NCBI RefSeq assembly: GCF_963921235.1
Contig: NC_086107.1
Span: forward strand, 105,836,001-105,900,000
Direction: 5' to 3'
Origin: Mobula hypostoma
Lineage: Eukaryota
DNA: 64,000 nt
The notes beneath the pieces were generated by a model. That model was not told the DNA's origin, did no database searches, and worked only from the letters and a program-made list of their open reading frames with translations. Both the position numbers and the translations under genes were made by a program. Of the stretch, positions 1 to 13,323 are shown piece by piece. Numbering within the stretch: position 1 is the stretch's first letter; each line of letters starts with the position of its first letter.

Positions 1-256
1 AGGATAGAGACCTGACTCAAGGGTGGTCCACCGGTCCTCCAGGTTTGAGGGTTCAGCTCAGGGCTAACAACCCTGACTGTTAAAACACAATGAAGAATAC
101 TTCTACATCTGAGTGCGATGGTATTCCTGAGTCTCCACCTGGGACTTGCATGGCTGACGGTAGGGAAAACCGAAAGGAAGCTACTGGCACGATGACCACT
201 ACCAGAGATGGAGGACCTTCACTGCTGCCCTAAACTCTAATGGCATAACGGGCAGC
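1..256 (+). mobile_element. Non-autonomous bipartite RTE-derived element, 5'-truncated by the window edge
   Basis: RTE-type 5' segment (gggttcagctcagggctaacaaccctgac) joined to an RTE ORF C-terminal remnant (QRWRTFTAALNSNGITG); homologous copy on the minus strand at 25950-26810. Confidence 0.6.
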
Positions 257-349
257 TGGACTAGGAATAAAGCAAGAGAACAAGACTGCTGGGCTCATTC
301 TGAGAGTCAGGATAGACTGAATGGGCCAAATGTCCTCTAGCAGAGTTAT

Positions 350-3222
350 AATATATAATAATCGGGTCTCTGGCATTGTCTGGCTCTGGGACTCAGAAGG
401 GAAGGGGGGAAGAAGAGGCATGCTGTAGTGATAGGGATTTGTTAGTTAGAATCCCATACTGTATAGGGATGAGATGGGATAGAGTTTGTCAAGTGTGTTC
501 AGGAAAGTTTCATAGAGATACACAGAAACATAGAAAACCTACAGCACAATACAGGCCTTTCGGCCCACAAAGCTGTGCCGAACATGTCCCTACCTTAGAA
601 GTACCTAGGCTTACCCCTAGCCCTCTATTTTTCTAAGCTCCATGTAGCCATCCAGGAGTCTCTTAAAAGACCCTATCGTTTCTGCCTCCACCACCACCAC
701 CGGCAGCCCATTCCACACACTCACCACTCTCTGCGTAAAAAACTTACCCCTGACTTCTCCTCTGTACCTGCTTCCAAGCACCTTAAAACTGTGCCCTCTC
801 GTGCTAGCCATTTCAGCCCTGGGGAAAAGCCTCTGACTATCCACACGATCAATGCCTCTCATTATCTTGTACACATTGCTACGTAGAAGTGCCAATGAGA
901 GAGCGTGTGATACTGGATCTGCTATTAGGGAATGAGACAGAGCAGGTGACAGAAGTTTGTGTAGGGGAACACTTTACATCCATTGACCACAATGCCATTA
1001 ATTTCAAAGTAAATATGCAAAGAGATTGGTCTGGCCCGTGGGTTGAGGTCTTAAATTGGAGAAAGGCCAGTTTTAATGGTATCAGAAATAATCTGGCAAG
1101 TGTGGATTGCGGATTGGAACAGGCTGTTTTCTGACAAAAGTGTACTTGGGAAGTGTGAGGCCTTCAAAGGCAAAAGTTTTAGAGTACAAAACTTGAATGT
1201 GCCTGTCAGAATTAAAGATAATGATAATGAGTATAGGGAACCTTACTTTTCAAGAGATATTGAGGCCTGGTTAAGAGAAGGAAAAGGAGGTGCATAGCAG
1301 GTATAGGCAAGTTGAAGTAAATGAGGTGCTTATGGAGTATAAAAAATGCACGAGAACACTTAAGAAAGAAATCAGGAAGGCATGAAGTTGCTCTAGCAGA
1401 CAAGGTGAAGGAGAATCCTAAGAGATTCTACAGGTATGTTAAGAGCAAAAGGATTGCTAGGGACAAAATTGGTCCTCTGGTTGATCAGAATGGTAATCCA
1501 TGTGTGGAGCCAAAAGAGATGGGGGAGATCGCAAGTAAATTCTTTATATTTACTCAGGAGATGGAGACAGAGTCTATAGAAGTGATGCAAAGCAGCATCA
1601 GCTTCACGGACCCCGTACAGATTACAGAGGAGGAGGTGTTTGCTACCCTGAGGCAAATCAGGGTGGATAAATCCCCAGGAGCTTGACAAGGTGTTCCCTC
1701 GGATCCTATGGGAGGCAAGTGCAGAAATTGGCAGTGCCCTCGCAGAGATATTTAAAACATCCTTAGTGACAGGAGAGGTACCAGAGGATTGGAGGATAGC
1801 TAATGCTGTTCCCTTGTTTAAAACAGAAACCAGGAAATTATAGCCGGTGAGTCTGACATCAGTTGTGGGAAAGGTTTTGGAAGGTATTCTAAGGGACCAA
1901 ATATATAAGTATTTGGATAGACACGGACTGACTAAGGATAGTCATCATGGCTTCGTGCATGGTAGGTCATGTCTAACCAACCTTACTGAGATTTTTGAGG
2001 AAGTTACCAGGAAAGTGGATGAAGGCAAGGCATTGGATGTTGTCTACATGGACCTCAGTAAGGAATTTAATAAGGTCCCACATGGGAGGATGGTCAAGAA
2101 AGTTCAGTCGCTCGGCATTCAGGATGAGGTAGTAAATTGGATTAGACACTGGCTTTGTGGGAGAAGCCAGAGAGTGGTAGTAGAGGGTGGCCTCTCTGAC
2201 TGGAGGCCTGTGACTATTGGAGTACCACAAGGATCGGTGCTGGATCCTTTGTTGTTTGTCATCTATATCAATGATCTGGATGGTAATGTGGTTAACTGGA
2301 TCAGCAAATTTGTGGATGACACCAAGATTGGGGGTGTAGTGGACAGTGAAAAAGGCTATCATGGGTTGCAGAAGAATCTACATCAGCTGCAGAAATGGGC
2401 AGAAGGAAGCAGATGGAATTTAATGCAGACAAGTGCGAGGTTTTGCACTTCAGTAGGACCAACCAGGGTGGGTCTTACACGGTGGATGGTAGGGCACAGA
2501 GGAGTGTGGTAGAACAAAGGGATCTGGGAATACAGGTACATAATTCATTGAAAGTGACATCACAGGCAGATAGGGTCATAAAGAAAGCTTTTGGCACATT
2601 TGCCTTCTTAAACCAATGTTGAGGATGGGATGTTATGTTGAAGTTGCATAAGACATTGGTGAGGCCTAATTTGGAGTATTTGTGTGCAATTTTGGTCACC
2701 TACATACGGGAAAGATGTAAATAAAGTTGAAAGAGTGCAGAGAAAATTTACAAGGATGCTGCCAGGATTGAAGGCCCTGAGTTATATGGAAAGATTGACT
2801 AGGTTAGGTCTGTATTCTTTAGAGCGTAGAAGATTGAGAGGATATTTGATAGAGGTATACAAAATTTTGAGGGATATAGATAGGGTAAATGCAAGCAGGT
2901 TTTTTCCACTGAGGTTTGGTGGGACTGCAGCCTGAGAGCTTAAGGGGGGAAGGTGAAAAGTTTAAGGGGAACTTGAGGGGAAACTTCTTCACTCAGGGTG
3001 GTGAGAGTGTGGAACAAGCTGGTAGCACAAGTGGTCCGTGTGAGCTCCATTTCAACATTGAAGAAAAGTTTGGATTACTCATTTCAACCCTTGAAGAGAA
3101 GCAGGGATATGGAGGGCTATGGGCCTGGTGCAGATCATTGGGAGTAGGCAGTTTAAAAGGTCTCGGCATGGACTAGATGGGCTGAAGGGCCTGTTTCTGT
3201 GCTGTACTTCTCGATGATTCTA
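350..3222 (+). mobile_element. CR1-clade LINE, degenerate (ORF1 remnant, endonuclease, RT, 3' end)
   Basis: ORF fragments ILDLLLGNE, KENPKRFYRYVKSKR, HHGFVHGRSCLTNL, GVPQGSVLDPLLFVIYINDL, KFVDDTK, LERRRLRG; frameshifted; ends in the CR1 3' stem gggctgaagggcctgtttctgtgctgta. Confidence 0.93.
512..875 (-). mobile_element. CR1 LINE 3' fragment nested in the older CR1
   Basis: ORF 617-895 YKIMRGIDRVDSQRLFPRA...FFTQRVV...W; simple-repeat tail catagaaa. Confidence 0.9.
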
Positions 3223-3224
3223 TA

Positions 3225-4770
3225 AGAGAGTTTGAGAAATAACATGTTTTGGCCAAGTCAGCACGGTTTTATGAAAGGGGAGTTGTGTTTGACAAATTTC
3301 TGAGAGCTCTTTGAGTATGAGAAAACAGGGTTAAAAAAAAAGAGAGGAGGCAATGAATGTGGAGTACTTGGCATTCCAAAGGAATTTTGATAAGAATTCA
3401 TGAGATGATTACTTTGGACAGAGGATTGACTGAAAGATATAAGAAAGTATTAAAATACACTGGACCATTTTTCAGGCTGTTTAAGCTGTAACTGTTGGAA
3501 TACCCCAGGGCTTATTCCTGTGGTTTCAATATTAACATTAGGATTTCGGGAAGCACAACAAAATGCCTGGAGGGGGATTAGTGGTTTAAACGAACAAAGT
3601 GTAATCAAGGAAAGTGTGATCGGATTTAATTTGGTGGGAAGAACAGAAAAAAAATGGGATATATAACAAACCCTGTGGGACACTATCAAATGTCATTCAG
3701 GGTGGAGACTGACGGGAGATCTGATAGGGTTTATAAGATTACGTGAGGCATAAATAAAGTAGACAGTGAGTATCTGTTTCCCAGGGTTGAAATGTCCAAT
3801 CTCACTGAAGGTGAGAGAGGTAGGTTCAAGGGGGATGTGAGGGGTAAGTTTTTTACTCAGAGAGTGGTGGATTCCTGGAATGTGCTGCCTGGTATGGTCT
3901 GTCTGTCTGTCTAGGTACCATATCCAATGCGAACGTTGGTGACCATGGTTTTCCATATAAATCTATCCCTCGTTCTTTAGATGACTTCCATCTCCTCGAT
4001 GTGTAGCCACCTGGCTATGCTTTTGATGTACATAAGCCAAGGTCTTCCTCTAGGTTTGCTACCCTCAATCTTTCCAGAGAGTATGAGTTTTCCTAGTTCA
4101 TCTTTCTGCATGATGTGTCCTAGGAATCTGAGTTGTCTTTCTCTTATTGTTGGTATGAGTGATCGAACTGCTTGGGCTCTTCTGAGAACTTCTTCATTTG
4201 ATGTGTGTGTGGTCCATGATATTTTTAACGTTCTCCTGCAGAACCATAATTCAGCTGCTTCGTGTTGCTTTCCCATTGCTGGGGAAATGGTCCAGCATTC
4301 ACTTCCATAAGTCAGGATAGAATGAATGTCGCACTGCAGTATTCTGTTTTTAGTGTACGTGCTCATCTTTCTGTCTGTTAATATGGTCTTCGTTTTTTGG
4401 AAAGCTTCTTTCGCCATTGCTATTCTGTATTTGATATCTGTGTCGCACCTGCCATTACTTGTTATTAGGCTGCCAAGGTACTTGAATTTGTTGACTTGTT
4501 TGATGTTTGTATTTCCGATCTTGATCACACATTGTGGGATGATTGTCTTTCTGGAGATGACCATGCTTTCTGTCTTCTTGGTGTTGATTGTACGGTGCTA
4601 GAGTCAAATACATTAGAGGCTATTAAGAGACGGTTAGATAGGCACATGAATGTGAGGAAGATGGAGGGATATGGACATTGTGTAGGGAGGAGGGATTAGT
4701 TTTTGTTTTTTTTAAAATTTGCTTTTTAGATGTTTCAGCACCGTTCCTGTGTTGTATGGTTCTATGTTCT
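3225..4770 (+). mobile_element. Old CR1 fragments interrupted by an RTE
   Basis: cagcacggttttatgaaagggg...ttgtgtttgacaaat; ttttactcagagagtggtgg; resumes at ~4595 with the CR1 3' end. Confidence 0.7.
3897..4592 (-). mobile_element. RTE-clade LINE 3' fragment
   Basis: ORF 3977-4564 FKYLGSLIT...RIAMAKEAF...YGSECWT...RQLRFLGHI...GKIEGSKPRGRP; (agac)n tail. Confidence 0.92.
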
Positions 4771-5075
4771 ATGAGATCTGGGTATCCTTATACAAAGAAA
4801 TGCTGAATGTTAACCTGCAAGTACCCCAAGGTGAAGTAGCCATGGCAACCAAGTTACCTAATTGGGCAGGTCCCATTTGCCTGCGTTTGGCTTGTGTCCC
4901 AGCGAGCTTTCACATCCGTGTGTTTGTCCAGATTTCTTTGAAATGTCAGAAGTTAAACGATTACCCATTTAAGACTGAGAGATTAATAAATAAATCTTTG
5001 GAATCCAATGACCCAGAGGCCTGCAGATGCTGATTCATTCATCAGCGAGATAGAAAGCTATTTTCATGAATATAC

Positions 5076-5540
5076 AGAACTGGGAAAAAGTCTCAGGTAC
5101 ATATATATAGCCAGGCTGCCTAAGAGTTTTGCACAGTACTGTAACATGGAGCGCAGGGCGAGTGTGTAAATTTGGCGGGAGCGGAGGGTGCTGGGAATGG
5201 CGAATGAGGAGCCCTGAGACATGAGACAAGGTCATTTGATTTAAAACAACTGGTTTATTGTTCATTACAGAATGTCCCTCTGGTGCTTCCCACTCCCTCA
5301 CCTCTTCCTTCCACTTTTCCCAACCATGATTCCCCTCTCCCTGCCCCCTTCCCTCTCTCAGTCCACAATAGAGACCCGTATCAGAATCAGGTTTATCATC
5401 ACTAACATATGTTGTGAAATTTGTATTTTTTTGCGGCAGCAGTACAGTGCAATACATAAAATTACTACAGTACTGTGCAAAAGTCTTGGGCACCCTAGCT
5501 GTGCAGTATATTTGTGGCTAATACTTCTGCGCAGCACTGC
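5076..5540. mobile_element. Two short Tc1/mariner-like MITEs (5076-5141, 5469-5540) flanking a LINE-tailed repeat
   Basis: Inverted termini cagtactgtgcaaaagtctt / aagagttttgcacagtactg, mostly flanked by TA. Confidence 0.55.
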
Positions 5541-5789
5541 ACAGGGAGTTGGCAGGTGAACAGCAAACGGAGAAGGTGGGAGGTTCAATTCCTGGTGTTG
5601 AGGGTTACCCGTTAATGGAGGGGCAATGGTTAGAAATGCCCAGTCAAATGGGCAGCATTGACGAACATTACATTGACCTGAGGGTGCACTTTAGGAGGGG
5701 TGATATTGTGCGAGCGCACCACTACTAGAAGTGTGCACTAAGAGTAGGCTGTGTTGTCAGTGGGACAGTACCCAGAGAACACCACACGA

Positions 5790-6870
5790 AAGCAGGGAGT
5801 GTCTCACTGTCGGAGGGACAGTACTGAGGGAGTGTCACACTGTCAGAGGGACGGTACCGAGGGAGTGTCTCACTGTCGGAGGGACGGTACCGAGGGAGTG
5901 TCTCACTGTCGGAGGGACGGTACCGAGGGAGTGTCTCACTGTCGGAGGGACGGTACCGAGGGAGTGTCTCACTGTCGGAGGGACGGTACCGAGGGAGTGC
6001 CACACTGTCAGAGGGACGGTACCGAGGGAGTGTCTCACTGTCGGAGGGACGGTACCGAGGGAGTGTCTCACTGCGGGAGGGACGGTACCGAGGGAGTGTC
6101 TCACTGTCGGAGGGACGGTACCGAGGGAGTGTCACACTGTCGGAGGGACGGTACCGAGGGAGTGTCTCACTGTCGGAGGGACGGTACCGAGGGAGTGTCT
6201 CACTGTGGGAGGGACGGTACCGAGGGAGTGTCTCACTGTCGGAGGGACGGTACTGAGGGAGTGTCACACTGTCAGGGGGACGGTACTAAGGGAGTGTCTC
6301 ACTGTCGGAGGGACGGTACCGAGGGAGTATCTCACTGTCGGAGGGACGTTACCAAGGGAGTGTCTCACTGTGGGAGGGACGGTACCGAGGGAGTGTCTCA
6401 CTGTCGGAGGGACGGTACCGAGGGAGTGTCTCACTGTGGGAGGGACGGTACCGAGGGAGTGTCTCACTGTGGGAGAGACGGTACCGAGGGAGTGTCTCAC
6501 TGTCGGAGGGACGGTACCGAGGGAGTGTCTCACTGTCGGAGGGACGGTACCGAGGGAGTATCTCACTGCGGGAGGGACGGTACCGAGGGAGTGTCACACT
6601 GTCGGAGGGACGGTACCGAGGGAGTGTCTCACTGTCGGAGGGACGGTACCGAGGGAGTGTCTCACTGTGGGAGGGACGGTACCGAGGGAGTGTCTCACTG
6701 TCGGAGGGACGGTACCGAGGGAGTGTCTCACTGTGGGAGGGACGGTACCGAGGGAGTGTCTCACTGTGGGAGAGACGGTACCGAGGGAGTGTCACACTGT
6801 CGGAGGGACAGTACGGAGGGAGTGTCTCACTGTCGGAGGGACAGTACTGAGGGAGTGCTGCACAGTCAGA
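5790..6870. repeat. 33-bp minisatellite, about 32 units
   Basis: Unit gagggagtgtctcactgtcggagggacggtacc; 11-aa periodicity in all ORFs over it. Confidence 0.97.
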
Positions 6871-7170
6871 GGAGTTGGACTAGATGGAGTGTTGCTTGGC
6901 CACGGGTTTGCCTTTGACAAAACATTAACCTGCAACACCGCCAGCTTTCGACTGTGGTTGTAGAGGGGCCCATGTCGTTTACTTGAGAAGAGGAATTCAC
7001 GTTGCCATCCTGGTCAGTACTTATACTTCAATCAACATCAGGGTGAAATAGTCATGTAATGAGACCGTATAGAGACAGGCCCTTCACGCTGGCATCTGCA
7101 TGCCAACTCTTTTCAGATTCATTATCGCATTGCTGATTTTTGGGGAGCTTACTGTACATACATTTTCAGC
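6840..7170 (+). mobile_element. Degenerate Deu-domain SINE remnant
   Basis: cagtactgagggagtgctgcac...ccccatg...gaagag...tcctggtcagtacttatacttcaatcaacatca...cattatcgcattgctg...gggagctt resembles the DeuSINE central domain as recalled. Confidence 0.6.
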
Positions 7171-9457
7171 AATGTAAGTATCTGATTGGTTCTAACTTCC
7201 TTCTTTAATCTGTAGCCAAAATGAAAACTTGTGGTTTTGTAAACATCTCACTTGTCTCTACTGGGTCGTCCCAGAGCCCTTTACGGTAAATGGCAGCTGG
7301 TAGCCAAGGGTCAGTCTCCGTCTCAAGTTCTCTATTTTGAAAAATTTCAAACATAAACTTCTGTCGTGATAAAAATCATACACAAAGGAAGAATCAGTGA
7401 AAAACAAAAGCTTACCGTTGATGATTATTACTTCCTGTTCTGTTTGTGGTGCTGGGAAGTTGCGTGGCCGCGAATAACAAGACACAAGAGACAGAGAGGC
7501 GAGGAACAAATGTGCTGCTGTTTATTTTGCTTGTAAGTCACCTGGCCAGAATACCCTCTCACAGTGCGTTCAGTACGCAACACACAGGGAAACTCAACAG
7601 CAGCTTGTAAGGGTCAAAGTATACATGAACACATCACATATCCCTTCCCTCTTTATTTTAAAGGTTTCTGCTCCTTCCCACGCACAGACCAGCTGCTGAA
7701 CAATGGAGTGTCATCAAATTCAACCAACCACAAAGATCTCTTTTTTCCCCCCTAAACCAGACACAGTGGTCCCAGTAGCCAAGAAGAAAGGGTCTGTCAG
7801 GATCTGTGGTGATTTTAAAGTCACCATCAACCCAGTACTGAAAGCAAATCATTGCCCTCTGCCCAGGAGAGAGGATATCTTTGCAAACCTTTCCGGAGGG
7901 AAGCACTTCAGCCAAGCGGACTTAGATGAGGCCTACCTGCAAATGGAGATGGAAGAAGAGTCTAAAGTGTTCCTCACCATAAACACTCAAAAAGGACTTT
8001 ATTGCTATAATAAGCTTATTTTTGGAGTGGTGTCTGAAACTGCGCTCTGGCAGAAAGCTGTGGATCGGGTGCTCAGAGTTACCTGGATGACATCACTGTC
8101 ACAAGAGAGGACGACAAGCAACATCTGCAAAATCTCAAGACAGTGTTATAAAGATTAGAAAATTATGGGCTCAGGGCATGACACAACAAGTGTGAATTCT
8201 TTAATCCAAGCATCACTTACTGTGGTCACACCATTGACATACAAGAACTGCACAAGTGCACTGAGAAAATTCAGGAAGTGGTGGATGACCCAAGGCCAAA
8301 GGACATCGTGGTTCTTTTTAGGATTTGTCAATTACAACAACAGATTCCTGCCAAACCTGGCTATTGCGCTATATCCCTTGAACTCATTATTATAAATCAG
8401 GAAGAAATAGCAATGGACAAAGTAGTGTGAGGTGGCTCTCAAAAAGATGCAGGAAATAGTGACGTCAGACACTGTCCTCACACAGTATGATCCATGCCAT
8501 CCCGTGAAGCTTCCCTGTGAACCTTATGGTATAGGTGCAGTCAGTCTCATGTTATGGGTGATGGAACTGGATGCCTAGTAGCCTTTGCATCACGTTCCCC
8601 TGCTGCTGCGGAGAAAAATTATAACAGAGTGAGTCTGGTTTGGGGTGTAAAACATTTGAACTAGTGCTTGTATGGGAGAGAGCTTACCATCGTTACTGAT
8701 CATCAACCACTCGTGTCCATTTTCAATTCACAGGAGGGTGTTCCACTGACAGCAGCATAGACGACTCTGGTTCTCGGCGGACACAATTACAAGGTCAAAT
8801 TCATGGGGACAACTAATCACGGAAATGGTGATGGGTTGTCCCGTTTATCCTTGGAAAAGGAAATACGTGAAAATTTTATCAAAGAGGACACTCCTCCAGA
8901 TGTACTCTCCCTAACGCAAATTGAAAGTCTCCCTATTCTGGCAAAGGTGATCCAAAGAGAAACCAGAAAAGATTCCACACAGCCTCAAGTCTATCTCGTA
9001 ACCCAAAATGGCTGGAACGGACAGCAGAAATTCCAGTTTCCCCATACTTACCAGCACCAGGATGAACTTGCCTTTGGAGGAGGTTGCCTTATATGGGGAT
9101 CGAGGGTTGTTGTACCATCCAAGCTGAGAGCTGAAGTGTTGGAGGAGCTTCAGACTGGTCATCTAGGAGAGGTCAAAATGAAAGCGCTGGCTCAAAGTTT
9201 TGAACTTTATGTGGTGGACTGGGATAGGTCAGCAGATCAAGCAGCTAGCCGTGCACTGTTCGTGAGGCCAAGACGTCCAGAAGATGCCAAGAGCAGCACC
9301 TCTGCATCCCTGAGAATGATCGATATTGGCCTGGTAGAGGATTCATGTGGATTTTGCCAGACCATTCATGGGCGCAGATTTCTTGGTAGCAGTAGATGCA
9401 GCTACAAAGTGGCCAGAAGTGTTCCCAATAGCCTCCACTGCAGCCCCACACACTGTT

Positions 9458-9785
9458 GTCAAGTCTAGTCACGTCACTTTTTATTGTAATTTTGACCATA
9501 ACTGCTGGTACAGTACACAGTAAAAATGAGACAACGTTCTTCAGGACCATGGTGCTACATGAAACAATACAAAAACTACACTGAACTACATAAAACAGCA
9601 CAAAAACTACACTAGACTACAGACCTATCCAGGACTGTATAAAGTGCACAAAACAGTGCAGGCATTACAATAAATAATAAACAAGACAATAGGCACAGTA
9701 GAGAGCAGTAGGTTGGTGTCAAGCCAGGCTCTGGGTATTGAGGAGTCTGATGGCTTGGGGGAAGAAACTGTTACATAGTCTGGCT
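9458..9785 (-). mobile_element. Rex1/Babar LINE 3' end inserted in the Gypsy integrase
   Basis: RLCNSFFPQAIRLLN C-terminus plus 3' UTR. Confidence 0.8.
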
Positions 9786-10647
9786 GACAAGTTGGAAAGC
9801 CTCTTCTCAAGGACTGGTGTTCCGGAACATTTAGTCAGAGACTGTGGAGCACTACCTCTATTGTCATTCCTCAAAATGAATGGAATAAGACATTGCCTTG
9901 TACAACCAGCTACAAATGGCTTGGTGTAAAGGTTTGTCCAGAGTCTAAAGAAGGCACTGTGAGCAATGTCTACAGAACACACTACACTGACACTGAATCA
10001 GAAGCTCCCCCATCTCCTCCTGGCATATCACAATCCACAACCAGCAACTCACCAGCTCTGCTGTTCCCATGTCAACCCTTGCCCTCGCACTTGGATCTCG
10101 TCAAACCCAATCTCAGAAGGAGGGTGCCAGGCAAACAGCTGAGACAAATCGAGGGCTCCTCAGCTAAGGAGGTTAAATGTTTCACTCCTGGACAAGCACC
10201 CCTGGTGAGGGATCACAGAAATGATCAACAGTGGGTACCTGGAAATATTAAGAACAGAAATCTACGTGGTGAAGATTGCATTTGATATCATCTGGAGACA
10301 ACATGTCAATCAGTTGAGCAGAGCAGAGTCAATTGTTAGAGATGAACAGTGGCCTGAGCTGTCAGAACCACTTCCTTCAGTCCCCAAGTCAGCTCCTACA
10401 ACCGTCACAGAGGAGGCCCCAAAACCTGAGAAAGTTTCACAGCCACAAGTCTCACCTGCCAAGCAGAGTGATCCCGCATGTCCCCCCACATCAGGAAAGA
10501 CGTTATCCCACAAGAGTAAGAAATCCTCCACAGCGATTAAATCTTTAGGCCTGAATGGACAATTTAAATTTTACTATGCTGTGGATGTCTGTATAGTAGT
10601 TGAAGTACACAATATACTGTCTGACTGTCTGTGTATATATATACACA

Positions 10648-11268
10648 TTGTCTCCAGATATGATCATATGGTCTGACACCAGTAGATAAGTGGTTATTGG
10701 TGAACTCACAGTCCCCCGGGAAGACAACGTCGATGAAGCCCATGAGCGCAAGTTAACCAAGTATGCAGAATTAAGATCAGAGTGCAGAGACAGAGGGTGG
10801 AAGGTCTCATGCCATCCATTCGAAGTAGGCTGCCGTGGGTTTATTGCGTTCACTTTCCAGAAGTGGCTGCGTGACCTTGGCTTCACTAGAAGAGAGATCA
10901 AGTCAACCAGCAGGGCTGCAGCTGAGGCAGCAGAGAAAGGATCAGCATGGGTGTGGACCAAGTATGTCCAGAGGGGCAGATAGTCAGACAGTGTACACAT
11001 ATCTTGCAAACCCTTCAGTAGTTGCATAGACACCTGAAGAGCAGACTATCTGTTGGATGGAAGTGACCAACAACTCTGATAGAGGCAGATGCCAAGTTTT
11101 TAAACTCACCAGTGGGAGGTGGTGCTTTAGCACTGCTGGCCCACCACCTCAAGGGGGTCTTGATCATAAGCGGGCCGAAACTCCTGAAGACAGGTGGTAG
11201 ATCGACTGATGATCCCACTGGTGATAGCACAGGACAGTTAACATCTTAGTCCACGTGTATTTTTAACT
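10648..11268 (+). mobile_element. HERO-like non-LTR element: restriction-like endonuclease C-terminus and 3' UTR
   Basis: PDMIIWS...ELTVP.E...AHERKLTKYAEL...GW...PFEVGCRGF...AAEKGSAWVW, a PD-(D/E)xK REL signature. Confidence 0.85.
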
Positions 11269-12269
11269 TTAGAGAGCGAGACATTACATATTTGAGTTGA
11301 GATACATTCTATATTGAGTTGGAGTTCATACCTATGCAAGGAGGAATGTTTTGTATTCAATATTTCAGTAATATTTGAGTAATATTGTAAATATATTGTT
11401 TGATTAACCATTTTTATTGTTTACATAATTCATTGCTGTTACATGTTCAAAGTACACGAATGGCATACGTTATTATGGAACCATGTCATAGATGAGTGCC
11501 TCACTGACGTAAAATGAAGTAGACATGCTCGTCACAGCTCCTGAGATTGGAAGCTCGCCAATTAGGTTTACAGAGTTTCCAGACCCAGCACAAACTCTCT
11601 CCTGAAGCACTTTTCCTTGAAGTCTCATTTCCTTCCTTCTCTCGCATCTCAGTCACGCAAGTCTTCGTCTCTGCCATCCCGATCAAAGGTTCTTGATGTT
11701 ATTTAGTGCCCACTTCCAGTTGTCCGCTGGCAACCCAACCCACGAATTTTTTCAATCTCCAATGGACTTCCAGATCGCTGGCTAGCGGAGGCATTGGTCA
11801 CATGACAGCCACCTCAAAAACTTTGGCGCTGAGGAATGTGTACAACATCAAGGTCTTCCTTTATTCCCTCTCGTGGATCTGCAATTCTTTGCTGGAGAAC
11901 TGCCCGCTCCAAATCTGAAATAAAGTCCTTCTTAGTTCCATCCAGTGGGGAACTCCAGCCAAGACTGGGAGACGAGGAAGCATGCCAGTTTTCAGAGTCC
12001 TAGATGCCATATTTCTCCAAAAGACATACTGGTCACTACTCTGCATTTGGGTACTCTGATTTCTAGCAGCTTTTCCTTGGACTATCTATCTGGTTTCTTC
12101 ACGCCACATGTTTTTATTGTATCATTTAATTGATCGTTCTCTTCAATCCATTTATTTTCTTTATTCATGCCAGCACTGAGTTTCAGCGGTCACCTCTGGA
12201 GCTCTGCTAAGAGCCTGTGCTTAACAGTGATTCCCTTCGTACTGCCCAGTTCCCCATTGAATACTTCTG

Positions 12270-12855
12270 AAGAGTCGCGATGTAATGATGCAGCTCTGTA
12301 AAACTCTGGTTAGGCCACACTTGGAGTACTGTGTCCAGTTCTGGTCACCTCACTATAGGAAGGATGTGGAAGCATTGGAAAAGGTACAGAGGAGATTTAC
12401 CAGGATGCTGCCTGGTTTAGAGAGTATGCATTATGATCAGAGATTAAGGGAGCTAGGGCTTTACTCTTTGGAGAGAAGGAGGATGAGAGGAGACATGATA
12501 GAGGTGTACAAGATAATAAGAGGATTAGATAGAGTGGATAACCAGCACCTCTTCTCCAGGGCACCACTGCTCAATACAAGAGGACATGGCTTTAAGGTAA
12601 GGGGTGGCAAGTTCAAGGAGGATATTAGAGGAAGGTTTTTAACTCAGAGAGTGGTTGGTGCGTGGAATGCACTGCCTGAGTCAGTGGTGGAGGCAGATGC
12701 ACTCGTGAAGTTTAAGACACTACTAGACAGGTATATGGAGGAATTTAAGGTGGGGGGGTTATATGGGAGGCAGGGTTTGAGGGTCGGCACAACATTGTGG
12801 GCTGAAGGGCCTGTACTGTGCTGTACTATTCTATGTTCTACGTTCTATGTTCTAT
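12270..12855 (+). mobile_element. Young CR1 LINE 3' fragment
   Basis: Open ORF LVRPHLEYCVQFWSPHYRKD...; (ttctatg)n tail; same family as 38118-39058. Confidence 0.95.
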
Positions 12856-13323
12856 GCATGCTTCTTTAACACCCCTTCTAGACCAGGGCTCCCACCAATC
12901 AAGCGCACTTTCTGCCAGTTGTGTTTGAGCTGCTCTAACCACAAGTGGCCCAGAGCTGCCGGATAACTACGTCCCTTTAACAATGTACGGCGGCAGTTTC
13001 TTTCTCTGTTCGTCAATCTCCACGGTAACACGTACTACTCCGCCCAGTGGAACAGCCTCACCCAGTGCAAGTCTCTAAAGTTAACCTTGCCCCTTCTGGG
13101 GTGAGATGCTGCAGTTTCGCCTTGTAAACTGTCTCTGGCACCCGCGTCCACTGCGTCCTCACTGTGGCCCATCCAGTTGCAGGGTCACCATAGGTGCCTT
13201 TGTGGCCTGAAACAGGTAACAGATGCAAAGCTTCTTGTACCTCAGAGTGAGAGTCGCTCAGCCTCTCAGTATGCTCCATCGTGTTCATGTTCCTTTTTGT
13301 TTTTCCCAAAAGTCATTCTTCTT

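Larger units (their letters stand above)
7760..11540 (+). mobile_element. Second Gypsy element: pol (RT, RNase H, integrase) and 3' LTR, 5'-truncated
   Basis: VVPVAKKKGSVRICGDFKVTINP, FLGFVNY, VTDHQPL, VVVPSKLRAEVLEELQTGHLG, RRYPTRVRNPPQRL; purine tract aaggaggaa 11338-11346 followed by TG. Confidence 0.9.

Noticed and set aside
5725..6963. 410-aa and 388-aa repetitive ORFs; CRISPR-like periodicity
   Set aside because: A stop-free 33-bp tandem unit opens several frames on both strands; there are no unique spacers and no cas genes
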